Shown here in pieces: positions 13,701 through 25,292 of a stretch of 64,000 nucleotides of DNA (positions within the stretch are counted from its first letter, which is position 1; each line of letters opens with the position of its first letter). The translations under genes were made by a program, and so were the position numbers. The stretch is from Selaginella moellendorffii (taxonomy: Eukaryota > Plantae > Lycopodiophyta), in assembly GCF_000143415.4 (NCBI RefSeq), contig NW_003314261.1:4022880-4086879 (forward strand), written 5' to 3'. Under the pieces are notes generated by a model that did no database searches, had not been told where the DNA came from, and saw only the letters and a program-made list of their open reading frames with translations.

Positions 13701-15324
13701 TTCTGTAGCAGCAGTAGTAGAGCTTTCCTCTTCACTGCTAGCTTTGCTCAAGAAGTTTTCCACACCTTGAGCTTTTTCCGTGTTCTTCGCTCCAGAAGGA
13801 ATACACGTCTGTTTTCCTGATGTTTCTGCAGCGTCATGCTTGACTTTCTTGTTTCTCTTCTTCCTTTTTCCCGGAACCCAGCCAGTATCTTGGCACTGTT
13901 CACTGACATGGAGTGCGGCCATGTCTTTTGCACTTTCTCCGATCCGATCCTGCCAGTAGAAGTTTCACGATCAAATTTTCTTTCAGAAAAGCCATCGTGC
14001 TGTACCATATTGTCCGGCTGTGCGCTCTCGTCTTCAACGGGATCGCTTCTGTGAGTAGCAGTCACGTTTTTCTTCTGCTTCTTGCTTTTACTCTTTCGAG
14101 CTTTGACCTGAATCTTCTTGGCTACTGAGTTTTCCCTAGGAACGCCTTTGTTCCCATGGTCAAGAAGATCGTACTCCATATAATCCTTCATCACCTTCAT
14201 CAGTGTGTTTCTCAAAACTTGAAGAGCCGACTCCGAGTGACTGTGAGCTTCGTGAAGAGATGAGTAAACAACTCGCTCGCTCAGAGTCCATCTCAAGTCG
14301 TTTAAAAACTGGATGCCTGAGCAGAGCCTTCCGAATTGTTTGTCGCATACAGTACCACCATCCGGAAGTCGCAAACTTCTTTGCTCTTGGACCATGAGCG
14401 CCTGGGCGTCTTACAAAGTTATGATAAGAACCACACGAAAATTCCTACCTCGTCGGTGGAGAGCTTGGCAAGCGCAAAATCGCAAGCTTTTCGCCTGTCG
14501 TTCGCGTGAAGAGTGCTCCACCACTGCTCAAATCCTTGTCTCCTGGTACAAACTTTCGAAGAAGTGGTGGTCGTCTCAAACGCACAACGCGCAAGGGACC
14601 GGGAAAGCGACTTGGATGGCTGCTTGGTCCCAAGAGCAGTGATCCAGGCCGACCATAGCGAGATCTCCAGCTTGTTCGCGACGAAGGCTGACAAGCTGTA
14701 GTATCCCACGCGTTTGAGCCATGGAGTTTCTTCCCACGGAGAACCACCCGACAAACACTGCGTCGCTAGAAACTCCCCGTAAGAGATCTCGTCCATAACT
14801 CCCACCAGCCGCTCCACATTCTCGAGAAGCTCGTAGCTCACCGTCACGCTATCCAGCGACGATAGCCTTCTAGTCTCAGCTAAATCCTTGCAAGCTTCCC
14901 CGACGCGGGAGCTGTAGAGTCGCAAGCTCGTAGCGAGAAGCTCCCCGTTAGAGCTCTGTCTCTTAAGAAGACCCCTGGCTTTCCGGAAGCACAGCCCCGG
15001 AAGTGGAGGAGAACTTTTGGACAAGTTCGCATTTTGCTGCCGATCTTTCGCGGCCGAAGGAAAATCCGGGAGCACGAAGAAGAATCCGGGGCCCTCCGAC
15101 TCCAAAGCCTTCTGCATTTGGAGGAGTAAGGCCACCCACGCTTCGTCCACGATCGTGCAAGCAATCTGCCGCTCTTTAACGCTCAATCGAGCGAGCCATT
15201 CCACGACCCTGTGCCTATCACTCTTACCGGAAGACGAAGATTGCTGCCGCTCTAGCTGCCTCTTCCGGCAGTGATAGACGGCCATATGATCCGTCAGAGC
15301 ATCCAGGAGCTGCTGCGTCTCCAT
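10727..15324 (-). CDS. MEE44: Nucleotidyltransferase family protein (MEE44-like, non-canonical poly(A) polymerase/TUTase fold); multi-exon
   Basis: N-terminus METQQLLDALTDHMAVYH; FFGGGVMYW block; catalytic VFGSNATGLALPNSDVDLVV; VRLDISFE; PAP-associated region IDPLHIEDPL and NVGRNCFRI; stop after ...SRILLSIV. Confidence 0.85.
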
Positions 15325-15476
15325 TTCCCACTCCCCACAAACCTAGAACCTCAAATGTGACCGTAGAGGGAGGATGGCTCCCAGGGGCAAATCCACATTG
15401 TCTTTCCAAAAACCCTAAAATCGCGAAAAATGAAAACTTAGGGTTCTTGAAAAATTGCCCCTTCTTTCAAAACTTC

Positions 15477-16400
15477 TCACAATTGCTTGGCGGAATAGGT
15501 GCTGCCGAGCTGCCAATTCGCGGGCGCCACATTGTTGTGCACAGTAGTCTTTCCGGTACTGTAGCAAGTGACCATGAACGAGAGACTTTGGCCCTGGAGC
15601 TGCTTGAAAACTTGGAACCCTACGCCCCAATTCCGCGTCATGGCGATCCATCCCGTCCTCGATCCCTTCACCGACACCGCCTTGATATCACCGGAGCCGC
15701 CCACATTTGTGATGAACACCATGAGCCACCAGCGATTGCCGCCCAGCTTGAAATTCATGCCGCCGGATCGCACGCATGGCACCCTGACAGGAAAGTTTTC
15801 AAACTTTTAGCTGAAGAACCCTAAAATCTCGCGCGTTTTTCTTCTCTCACCTTCGATAGGAGACTGGGATGATTCCCGCCCGCCAAAACGCGATTTTCAT
15901 GAATGCCGGCTTGGACATGTCGAAATGGACGCGCGGCGGATTGCACCAGCCGCCATTGTTCGAGGGCTTGCTCCAATTGGGCGGGCAAAGATTTGTGGCG
16001 GTCACCACCACGGATTTTCCGAAGTAGCAGTGCTTCGATAGCGTGCAAGTGATCTCGTAGCACTGCCCGCAGCCATAGCCGCTGTTGAAGAGCGTACTGC
16101 TCAGCGCCGCCGTCATCAATCCATAGCCGGATTGGTACAAATTGCCATAGCCGCAAGCTCCACCTGCGCAAATTTAAATATGATCTCGAAAGTTTCTTCT
16201 TTACCCATTGTCTCCCTCGCTGTTTCATCGCCATAGAACGTCGCGAATGCCTGCTTCCACCCGCCGGCGTTGTAGATCTCCTTCGCGGCGTTCGTGGCCC
16301 GCTTCTTCAAGCTTTTGGGCGATGCCGCTCTCCCATGATCCACAGACACGAGAAGAGTGGCGCAGAGAAGAAGACACGCGATCACACTCCTCATCATCAA
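15477..16400 (-). CDS. EXPA7: Alpha-expansin, EXPA7/EXPA18 (root-hair) clade; 3 exons
   Basis: [14 protein letters not shown]|[82 protein letters not shown]; the GDET and WRAGIIPV signatures match the EXPA7 clade as recalled. Confidence 0.9.
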
Positions 16401-16450
16401 CGATCGATTTCGTGTAGAACCCTAATAGAAATCGATCGCAGCATTTCTCG

Positions 16451-16466
16451 ATCTTGCGCGCACGAA
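16451..16466 (+). promoter_or_regulatory. Root hair element (RHE) match upstream of the expansin
   Basis: ATCTTGCGCGCACGAA fits the recalled consensus WHHDTGNNNKCACGWH. Confidence 0.55.
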
Positions 16467-16537
16467 CTCTAGGAAGAGCTCGTGCCACGATCTTCGATCG
16501 AGTCAAACTCTCTTCGCCCGGGAAGTTTTTAAAAAAA

Positions 16538-16557
16538 TATCACACACGTGAAAATGA
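16538..16557. promoter_or_regulatory. G-box (CACGTG) fitting the TN6CACGT RHE core on both strands
   Basis: TATCACACACGTGAAAATGA: T16538-N6-CACGT on + and T16557-N6-CACGT on -. Confidence 0.45.
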
Positions 16558-16851
16558 CGTCGCGGGGGAAAAAGTATCGTACATTTGGAGCGCTACGAAG
16601 CGGCCATGTTTCTACTGGAGAAACATCCAAGTGATTTCCAATAATTTGTCCCCAATCGAAAATGTCCAGCCACGAATATTTGACGCATGGCGATTCGGCG
16701 AATATCCCTCTTACATTTAGTTTAGGTTTCCTTCTTTTTGGGTGTAGGGCTGCCCTACATTCTTCCTATTCTCGAAATCTGACCAGGTGAGTGATCGATT
16801 GCGCCAATCTCCGGAAGCAAAATCCGTTGCCTTGCAGGAAGATCGATCGCC

Positions 16852-18318
16852 ATGGCAGAGAATGGCGCCGCCGCGGCGCCGGAGGAGGCGTTTGATTTCG
16901 ATCTCTTCACCATCGGCGCTGGTAGCGGCGGAGTCCGCGCGTCCCGCACCGCGGCGAATTTCGGCGCCAAGGTAGCCGTGGTTGAGCTCCCATTCGCGCA
17001 CGTAAGCTCGGAGAGCGCCGGCGGCGTGGGAGGGACGTGCGTCATCCGCGGCTGCGTCCCCAAGAAGATCCTCGTCTACGCCTCCATGTTTAGCGCCGAG
17101 TTCCAGGACTCCAAGAACTTTGGCTGGAACGTCCCCGACGGCATCACCTTCGAGTGGAAGCGATTGATCGCCAACAAGGACAGAGAGATCGAGAGGCTCA
17201 ACGGGATCTACAAGAGGCTGCTCACCGGGTCCGGCGTGACGATCCTCGAGGGAAGAGCGAGCTTGGTGGACGATCACACTGTGGAGGTCTCTCACAGCGA
17301 TGGCTCCAGCAAGAGGTACCGCGCCAAGCACATCCTCGTCGCGACTGGGAGCCGCGCGGTCCGCTTGAACGTCCCGGGGAAGGAGCTGGCCATCACCTCG
17401 GACGAGGGGCTCAATCTGGACGAGCTCCCGCGGCGCTGCGTGATCGTCGGCGGCGGCTACATCGCGGTGGAGTTCGCGGGGATCTACTCCGGGATGGGGA
17501 GCAAAGTGGAGCTCCTCTACAGGAAGAAGACGCCGCTGCGTGGATTCGACGACGAGATGCGCGCCGTGGTGGCCAGGAACTTGGAGAACCGGGGCGTCCA
17601 TCTCCGCCCGGATACCAACGTGACCAAGATCGAGAAAGTTGGCGGCGAGCTCAAGGTCTCGATTGACAACGGTGGCGAGATCATGACCGACGCGGTGCTC
17701 TTCGCGGTGGGGAGGAAGCCCAAGACGAGCGGCTTGAATCTGGAGGAGCTGGGCGTGGAGCTGGACAAGTCGGGAGCGATCAAGGTGGACGAGTACTCGC
17801 GAAGCAGCGTTCCCAGCGTCTGGGCGATCGGGGACGTGACCAACAGGATCAATCTCACGCCGGTGGCGCTCATGGAGGGGACGTGCTTCGCAAAGACGGC
17901 GTTTGGCGGGCAGGCGACCAAGCCCGACCACGAGAACGTTGCGCGGGCGGTGTTTTGCCAGCCGCCGCTGGCGGTGGTGGGGCTGTCCGAGGAGGAGGCG
18001 GTGGCGGCCGCCAAGGGGGAGGTGGCGGTGTATAGCTCCAGCTTCACGCCCATGAAGAACACCATATCCGGGAGGCAGGAGAAGTCGGTGATGAAGCTGC
18101 TGGTGGACACTGGCGATGATCGAGTGCTGGGGGTTGCGATGTGTGGGCCGGACGCCCCCGAGATCATGCAGGGGATTAGTGTGGCGCTCAAGGGCGGCGC
18201 CACCAAGGCGCAGTTCGACTCCACGGTGGGGATTCATCCCACCGCTGCGGAGGAGTTTGTGACCATGAGGAGCGTAGCCAGGTTCGTGACCAAGTCTGGG
18301 GAGGTCCGGAAGCCATGA
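16852..18318 (+). CDS. GR1: Glutathione reductase, cytosolic type; single-exon CDS (488 aa)
   Basis: [15 protein letters not shown] (FAD binding), [13 protein letters not shown] redox disulfide, GGGYIAVEF (NADPH), [13 protein letters not shown]; no transit peptide; probable 5'UTR intron 16787-16837. Confidence 0.97.
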   Translation: MAENGAAAAPEEAFDFDLFTIGAGSGGVRASRTAANFGAKVAVVELPFAHVSSESAGGVGGTCVIRGCVPKKILVYASMFSAEFQDSKNFGWNVPDGITFEWKRLIANKDREIERLNGIYKRLLTGSGVTILEGRASLVDDHTVEVSHSDGSSKRYRAKHILVATGSRAVRLNVPGKELAITSDEGLNLDELPRRCVIVGGGYIAVEFAGIYSGMGSKVELLYRKKTPLRGFDDEMRAVVARNLENRGVHLRPDTNVTKIEKVGGELKVSIDNGGEIMTDAVLFAVGRKPKTSGLNLEELGVELDKSGAIKVDEYSRSSVPSVWAIGDVTNRINLTPVALMEGTCFAKTAFGGQATKPDHENVARAVFCQPPLAVVGLSEEEAVAAAKGEVAVYSSSFTPMKNTISGRQEKSVMKLLVDTGDDRVLGVAMCGPDAPEIMQGISVALKGGATKAQFDSTVGIHPTAAEEFVTMRSVARFVTKSGEVRKP

Positions 18319-18612
18319 AAATGAAAAGTTCGAATAATAGGAATTTTAACTCTTATTCGTTTCGTTTTTAAATTATATTGATTTTATTGTGGTAAAATAA
18401 ATTAATGAATATTCTCAACATCCCCTCTTGTAACCCTAATTTTCTGCCCTTTTCTAGATGTCTTTGTTAAACCCTAGGAACGAGCACCTCGCCGTGTCGC
18501 GGTCGCGTCGCTCTCGCGGTCGGATCTTGCGGCGCAGCTGCTGCCACTGTAGCTGCTCACGCGTAATCTCGATCCAAATTGGCGCATTCCAGGCCGGGAT
18601 CGAATCAGGGGC

Positions 18613-19720
18613 GATGGGAGTGGAGAAGGGCGGTTTAGTCGCCGCCGCCAATGCATCTAACTATTTCAATTATGAATCACCTAACTATTGCGTGGAGCTG
18701 TTTCCAGAGGGCCATGAGGTGGATAGAATGAGACTGGTGCAAAGCATAGAACGGGAGTTGTCAAGCAGCAAGACGTGGGTGCTTGTTGACCGACGTCTTG
18801 GCATGGAGCCCCTGTGATGGACAGCGCCTGAGAATCCCGCTGGAGCTTGTGAAAACGCCTGATTGTGGCCTCCTATTAGCTCCTGGGAAAGGGGTGGCCA
18901 CAAGATGAGTTTGAGGTGCAGATGGACGCAGAGCAAGCATTCATCTTGAAGAATCAAAAGTGGCTCTTCTCTTCTGTCACAGGTTCATGGGAACATCTTG
19001 ATTCCATAACTGATGATGCCGTTTCCAGATTCAAGCACACCAATGCATCTCCCATGAGTGATCCTTTCTCTCTGACGCCGTGGCAGTATTACCGGAACTG
19101 GGTGGGCTTCCATGTCTACAAGGGAAAAACCTTTGCCATAGTTTTGAACTCGAAAGTAGATGTTAACATTTGAGGTTTTATGGTGGGAACACGACGAATG
19201 GCAAAGCCTGGATTCACATCTTAGTTATTGTCAAGGAATAACACGCTTGGGCCATGGGTGGCCGATGCATATGCATTTGGCAAAGGAATGAGTACGACTG
19301 TATGGGTAGTATATGACTTGGAAGACAAGGTGTGGCATTATCACTCGATCGAGGCTGGCTGTCAGTCGGGGGGTATTACAAAGGTTATGGTTTGCAATAG
19401 AGGTCACCTTGGGAATATTGCTGATTCCTTTGTTGCAGTGATTTTGACTTTCCCTCCATCCTCTGGTACCATAATGTGTTATTTCTTCTTTCTTTTTAAT
19501 CAAAATAAAGGAATATAAATGGGTTGATTATTGTATAAGCCTCAAAGATACCTCTCTTCTACCATAGGTTCTCTTGTAAGTATGAGTTTTTGTTGATCTA
19601 TTGACATGGAAGAGTGATTGTTTTTCTTGTAGATTTGAGTCTGAGATGACCAAGAGGCTTGCTCAAGATCACACAGGCATGTAGCACTTGTTGTAGAATT
19701 GGATTGTGGCTCAAAGTGCT
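18613..19720 (+). pseudogene. Degenerate fragments, possibly F-box-associated/kelch-like beta-propeller
   Basis: Broken ORFs with propeller-like segments (WLFSSVTGSWEHL, VWVVYDLEDKVWH); several stops. Confidence 0.3.
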
Positions 19721-20849
19721 TCATCAATTTATTTGTCCAACACCATTCTCACGATATGCTCACTCATAGATCCCACATCTCTTAATGTTTGTTACATATC
19801 ATGGGATGATAAGACAGAACTCAAGAATAGTATATGAATTTCATAGCTCCATCCAAACCACTGTTCAACTAACATTTAATGGTCTTTTTGGGGGATATGT
19901 TGATGGGGTTGCTATGTTAAATGAGGTGTTGAAGATGTATTGATTGCAAGTGAAATCAGCTAGTTGGTTTAATATTTGCATCAGAAACTTGCTGACACAT
20001 GTAAATCCCAACATTTCTGAGCCACTCAAGTTAGGTGTATTCTATCATGTATGTATTAGTCCTTTGTTTGTGGACATTGATGCAATTTAGAGAGTCTTAG
20101 TAGTGTTTTGAGGTTGACCATATTGTGTAATATTCATGTTATGAAGAGGTGTTTTATTATTTTAGTTGTGAATATCAAGAGTTATACTATCATTTATTCC
20201 TCTTATACCATATCCACTCTCTTTCACAACTTATGGTATGGAGTTGATAGAGTGTGAGAGTGAGAAGCTTTTGGCTCAATTCCAAATTTATTTGGTCCCA
20301 TTAATCAGACCAAGTCCATTATGTAGACATGGTATAGCTTGAGATGTATGTCTTTTTAGAATAGAACCTTGCTTGTGATTTCCTTACAATAAATAGTAGT
20401 TGAATATATGAATGAGAAGTCTATCTTGAGTCATTTGCAAGTCATATAGTCTATGGGCAGTTAAGTCACAGTTTATTCTCAAACCAGATAGGACTAAGTG
20501 CTACAATCAACTATTACCCTTTAAACTATGTTATGGTGGTTGATTTGTATCATTTGTGCAAGTGGAGATGTTTTTGAGAAAGTATTGGAGTTTATAATGG
20601 CCTTATATGAGGGATGAGGGTGATTATGGCACAACTCACAAGGGCACAAAAGAGGTATAGTGATTGATTATAGTTGGCACTTACTATTATAAATGGAGTT
20701 GACTAGTCAACCACTGACCACATAAGTGATAAGTGAGCCAATTATTTCATAATGTTTTTAATTATAAAATAAAAAAATGACATTTTAGGATAGAAAAAAT
20801 AAACTATTAGTAGTAAAACTAAACTACTACTAGAAATAAATTAATCATT

Positions 20850-22650
20850 TCTGACACCTTTAACATTTTTCTCAATAATTCTTATATCTTCATTTGGAAG
20901 ATCTTGCGTAACTTATATCTCTAAATTTTTCATATCAAAATATTTAAATCTAATTTATATCTCTATAATCCTCAATTTTTATGGCTTAAGCTTGATCTTA
21001 TTGAGATTGATCTCCAAGAACTTCACTTCTTTACTTTTAACATGATCCACCACTTTTGTGTTGTTATGCACATAAATTAACTTCTTTAAGTCTGCAAAAA
21101 ATAAGTGGCTGAGTCATTTATATATTTCAACTACTCTAATTTTGTTTATATAAGAAAACACCCTTCTTGATTTAACACATAAAGTGTTAATTTTCTTAAC
21201 TCAGTTATCTGATACTTGTATAAATTCCACAAAGATAGTAGGAATTTTCTTTTTACTTGAGTTTTAGCAAGTTTGGATTGATAACTCTTCTAATTCCTTA
21301 TTGAAATATATTAAATTACTCATCCAATTTTTTTTCCAATTAAATATCTTCATGTTATAAAAATTATAAATAATCCATCCAAAAACTTCTTACTTTAGCA
21401 TTCAAGTCTTATTCAAAGTATAAAGAATTTAAAATATGTGTAGTGTTGTGTATAAAACTAACTTTTCATCTACATTAGTCTTTAACCAAGATTTAAATAA
21501 ATCAACGTTACCTATATCATCTTGAGTTGTAAATTTAATATTTTAATTATATGATATATAGTTTTTATAGATTATTATTATTACCCTTATGACTAATATA
21601 AAGTAGCACTTTCAAAATAAAAGTTATCATGATTAATAAAATAGAAGCATTTTTTTCCAAATCTGATAATTGAGAATTGTTGTATGAATTTCCTTAGCAT
21701 CCTTTGTATGATACACAATTCAATTTTTATATTCATTATAAATTGTTAAAGACACATTAAAACAACATTATGCTAAAATTAATTGACCATAAGGGCAATG
21801 CAAAAAATTAAATTTTTGCAAGCTTCATGAGTTCTCTTGGGAAAAACTCTCTTATATAAGCAAGCAATATTAATTTTTTAGCTATGAATCTCACAATTTT
21901 CTTATAGTCACTTACCTTCTAATAAGGAAATCTAAATATGGTATAGATATTAATGTTGTAAGATAAAAGGGGAATATTTCCTCTCTTTTTCCCCCTCTTG
22001 ATACATAATTCAAAGCATTATTAGTCACAACTTCAATACATTTTTAACACCAACATACAAATTGATTAATCTAAATTACTCATAAGGTCAAAACCTAATT
22101 TTCTTTTATACTTTGGTGTTAGCAACCTACTATAATATATAAAGTTTAGAAATTATCTACTCTTTATGTTAGATTATGAACTTCACCACTACATTATTCA
22201 AATTGTTATATCTTGGTTTATTAAATATTTCCCTAATATTGTTATCTTGTCTTGTCTTCACTTTTGACAAGTAGATGATCCTTCATGGTATACAAAAACA
22301 ATCACATACTGGGATTGATTAGCACTATATATATGTCTTAAATCTAAAAACAAATGTTTCATTAAAACATTAGCTTTATAGATTTGCCATAGAATGTAAA
22401 TTAAAGGAGTAGTTGTGATTTTCTCCATAAACATTCATTAAACTTATTCTTAAATATAAAAGGGAATATTTTAAGCACTAAATTACTTCAATATTATACC
22501 CTAAAACTCTAGCAAAATGAGCCTTAATTTTTTTATGACTACTGTATATTTTCCATAATAGTTATATTTTTACTGTCTAACTCCTCAATTACTATAAATT
22601 TCCTTACATATTGGTACTCAAGAAAAAAACACTAAACCAGAATGTAGAAA
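20850..22650 (-). mobile_element. Heavily C->T/G->A mutated hAT-family transposase relic
   Basis: Minus-strand motifs in the right order: VGVKNV..EVVTNNALNY (about 22000-22050; cf. VGxENVVQVVTDNASNY), KKIVRFI, ELRKLTLYVLNQ, YKQN*SS* (cf. CERNWS), LKKLIYVHNN (cf. hAT dimerisation domain LVYVHYN). Confidence 0.7.
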
Positions 22651-23506
22651 ATCCCAAAAAGCTTAACTAGAACATGGTTAGTGGCAGTGAAGAAAATCCC
22701 AAAACTCAGTGAAGATCAAATAATCACATATGCAATGGTGATCGTAATCATAATTGAAACCAATAATCTTAATTGCAAGGCAAGTATAAAGTAGATTGTA
22801 GAGAGAGGTGCAATGGTCTTTAATACAATGGTCTTTATGTAATCAAATCAAATTGTAATCCCATTTATGAATGCAATGAGAGGTGTGATGATTTTAACCT
22901 TGGGCCAGTGTAGGCATGGTATAGTTCAGAGTAACAATACCCATAAATCTAACTGATGGAGCTAAAATAGCTTTTCCAACTCCAATAGTTTTTATGAGTT
23001 TATAGTGATATTATTTAAAATGATGGAAACACCTCAATAGTGTTAACGACTAAATTTTCGATTCTAATTTAGTCACTTAACCACACCTCTGACCACTTAG
23101 AGGGGTCTTATTCACAACCTCCTTAAGTCCAATTCAGGACTTGGGACTTGCTAGTCCCGAGAATGGCATCCATGCCACTCAACCCTTGCACTTGGTCAAG
23201 GTGCTCCACGTGTCCAGTCCCAAGACCGACACCCAAAGGTACCACTGATATATCATCCCATTACGCTAAGGCCATGCCCATTCACCTTTGCCGCACTGGT
23301 GGTCCAATACCACTTGCATCACAATCCCGTCTCTCCAAGACTAGGCCGTCTGTCCACGAGTGGTCATCCTAGATCCACTCCTTAGCATCCTTAGGATGCC
23401 CATAGACATGGGGAATAGCCTTCCCCAACATTCCTTTGTCAGTTCCTACCAAGTCCCTTTTCCGTCCATGGCCATGTTCACCAACACTGTGTAAGCTCCT
23501 AAGTTT

Positions 23507-23561
23507 GGACTTCCCGGGAGGTCACCCAGCCCAGTACTATTCAAACCCAAGGACGATTAAC
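23507..23561 (-). ncRNA. 5S rRNA-derived segment in the 3' LTR (A-box carries a G->T change)
   Basis: Same segment as in the other LTR, with GTTAATCG instead of GTTAAGCG. Confidence 0.85.
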
Positions 23562-23906
23562 CCCAAATATCCCAAGACCCTTAACCGATTGGAAAAGGGG
23601 GTGCACTCTTATTCATGGGCCCTTTCCCTCTATATTTGAACCCTTATGGATCGTCTCTCGAGTCGTTCCCTTTGGTTGCTTACAATTCACCACGCTTCCC
23701 TGCAAGTTCACGCCCTCGTGAACGGAAGCTGAGAGCCACAGCTCTCCCGAGAGCCTCGCTCTCTTGACACCCTACCCCTCGGGTCGAGCCCAGTGGGAGC
23801 AAACTGGACTAGCCAGATGTCAATCAACATGTGGTGCGATTCCCCTAGCCAACCAACAGAGTCGGACCCGAGACCCCTCTGATACCAAATGTAATCTCCT
23901 AAGTTT

Positions 23907-23961
23907 GGACTTCCCGGGAGGTCACCCAGCCCAGTACTATTCAAACCCAAGGACGCTTAAC
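23907..23961 (-). ncRNA. 5S rRNA-derived segment (A-box/IE/C-box Pol III promoter) in the 5' LTR
   Basis: GTTAAGCGTCCTTGGGTTTGAATAGTACTGGGCTGGGTGACCTCCCGGGAAGTCC matches the 3' half of plant 5S rRNA as recalled. Confidence 0.88.
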
Positions 23962-24637
23962 CCCAAATATCCCAAGACCCTTAACCGATTGGAAAAGGGG
24001 GTGCACTCTTATTCATGGGCCCTTTCCCTCTATATTTGAACCTTTATGGATCGTCTCTCGAGTCGTTCTCTTTGGTTGCTTACACACTACCACTAGATCA
24101 AGGCCTGCAGGCCTAGCCACTAAGTCCCATTGTTCTCTAGGACTTCCTCACCATATGATTATATCCGTAGTCACTACACTAGAGGATTGTTCTTCCTCTT
24201 TTCCCCATTTGGGATTTCGGGACAACATTTCGGAACACCATGGCCCTACGCGAGCCTCATGGGTACTCTTCCCACCTTCCACCTTTAGGTGCTCTAGCCA
24301 TGGGCTTAGAGCGAGGTTCCGTTGAGCCACACTAAGTATCCAAGTAGGTAGTGCCACCCACACTTGGACTGGGAGCATCGGCCAGTCGATCTCCTAGGAG
24401 AACTAGAGCTGACTCTCGAACACTTCACCAAGATACCCTGCTTGTTGGTCCATATTCACTTTAGTCTTAGACTTCCCAGTGGTCAGTTCATCACCCAACA
24501 CTGGGTCTGGCCTTCCTGGGCTAAATTGGCCTTTCTTGGGCAAACTGGCTCCACTGTAGTCCTCCCCCTTACTATACTTTTGGAGCTCACCAAACCCCCC
24601 AAGGTCTGGGAGACGAACGCTTTGGGCTTTCACCCTC

Positions 24638-25292
24638 TTAGACTCGGACTCGGACTCGAACTCGGACTCAGACTCGGACTCGAACTCGAACTCGGACTCG
24701 AACTCGAACTCGGACTCAGACTCGGACTCGGACTCAGACTCGGACTCGGACTTGGACTTGGACTCGGACTCAGGCTCGGGCTCGGGCTCGGTCTCGGCCT
24801 CGGTCCCAGTCTCGGTCCCGGTCTCGGTCTCGGTCTCGGTCTCGATCTCAGTCCCGGTCTCGGTCTTCGTCCTGGTCTCGGTCTCGACCTCGGACTCCAT
24901 CTCGGGTTCTTCTCAGACTCCATCTCAGATTCCATCTCGAGTCCATCTCAGACTCCATCTTGGACTCCGTCTCGGTCCATCTCGGACTCCATCTCGGGTC
25001 CTTCTCGGACTCCATCTCGAACTCCATCTCGGACTCCACCTCATACTCCAACTCGGGTTCATCTCGGACTCCATCTCAGGTCCACCTCGGACTCCATCTT
25101 GGATTCCAACTCGGGTCCATCTCGGACTCCATCTCAGACTCCATCTCGGGTCCACCTCGGACTCCATCTCAAACTCCATCTCGGGTCCACCTCAGACTCC
25201 ATCTCAGACTCCAACTCGGGTCCATCTCAGACTCCATCTCGGACTCCATCTCGGGTCCACCTCGGACTTCATCTCGGACTCCAACTCGGGTC
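24638..25292. repeat. Hierarchical minisatellite: (GACTCG/GGTCTC)n hexamers grading into 12- and 24-bp units (GGACTCCATCTC / GGGTCCACCTC)
   Basis: Directly visible; generates spurious LG-, SP- and ES-repeat ORFs. Confidence 0.95.

Larger units (their letters stand above)
23490..24084 (-). mobile_element. Cassandra-type TRIM retrotransposon, complete (LTRs 23490-23684 and 23890-24084; 205-bp internal domain)
   Basis: Two 195-bp TG..CA direct repeats differing at 4 sites; PBS TGGTATCAGAG (tRNA-iMet) 2 nt after the 5' LTR on the minus strand; PPT-like AGGGAAGCGTGGTGAAT; TSD CACTG/CACTA; 5S rRNA-like segment in each LTR. Confidence 0.92.

Noticed and set aside
16743-16759. Perfect 8-bp inverted repeat TGTAGGGC-T-GCCCTACA
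   Set aside because: Too short to distinguish from chance in 64 kb
16717-18237. 506-aa antisense ORF over glutathione reductase
   Set aside because: Shadow of the high-GC3 sense CDS; no independent motifs
23490-24084. Tandem 5S rRNA genes or a simple 400-bp tandem repeat
   Set aside because: Only the 3' half of 5S is present, without a 5' end or T-run terminator; PBS, PPT, TSD and TG..CA ends indicate a TRIM
24638-25292. CRISPR-like array
   Set aside because: No unique spacers, and the context is eukaryotic
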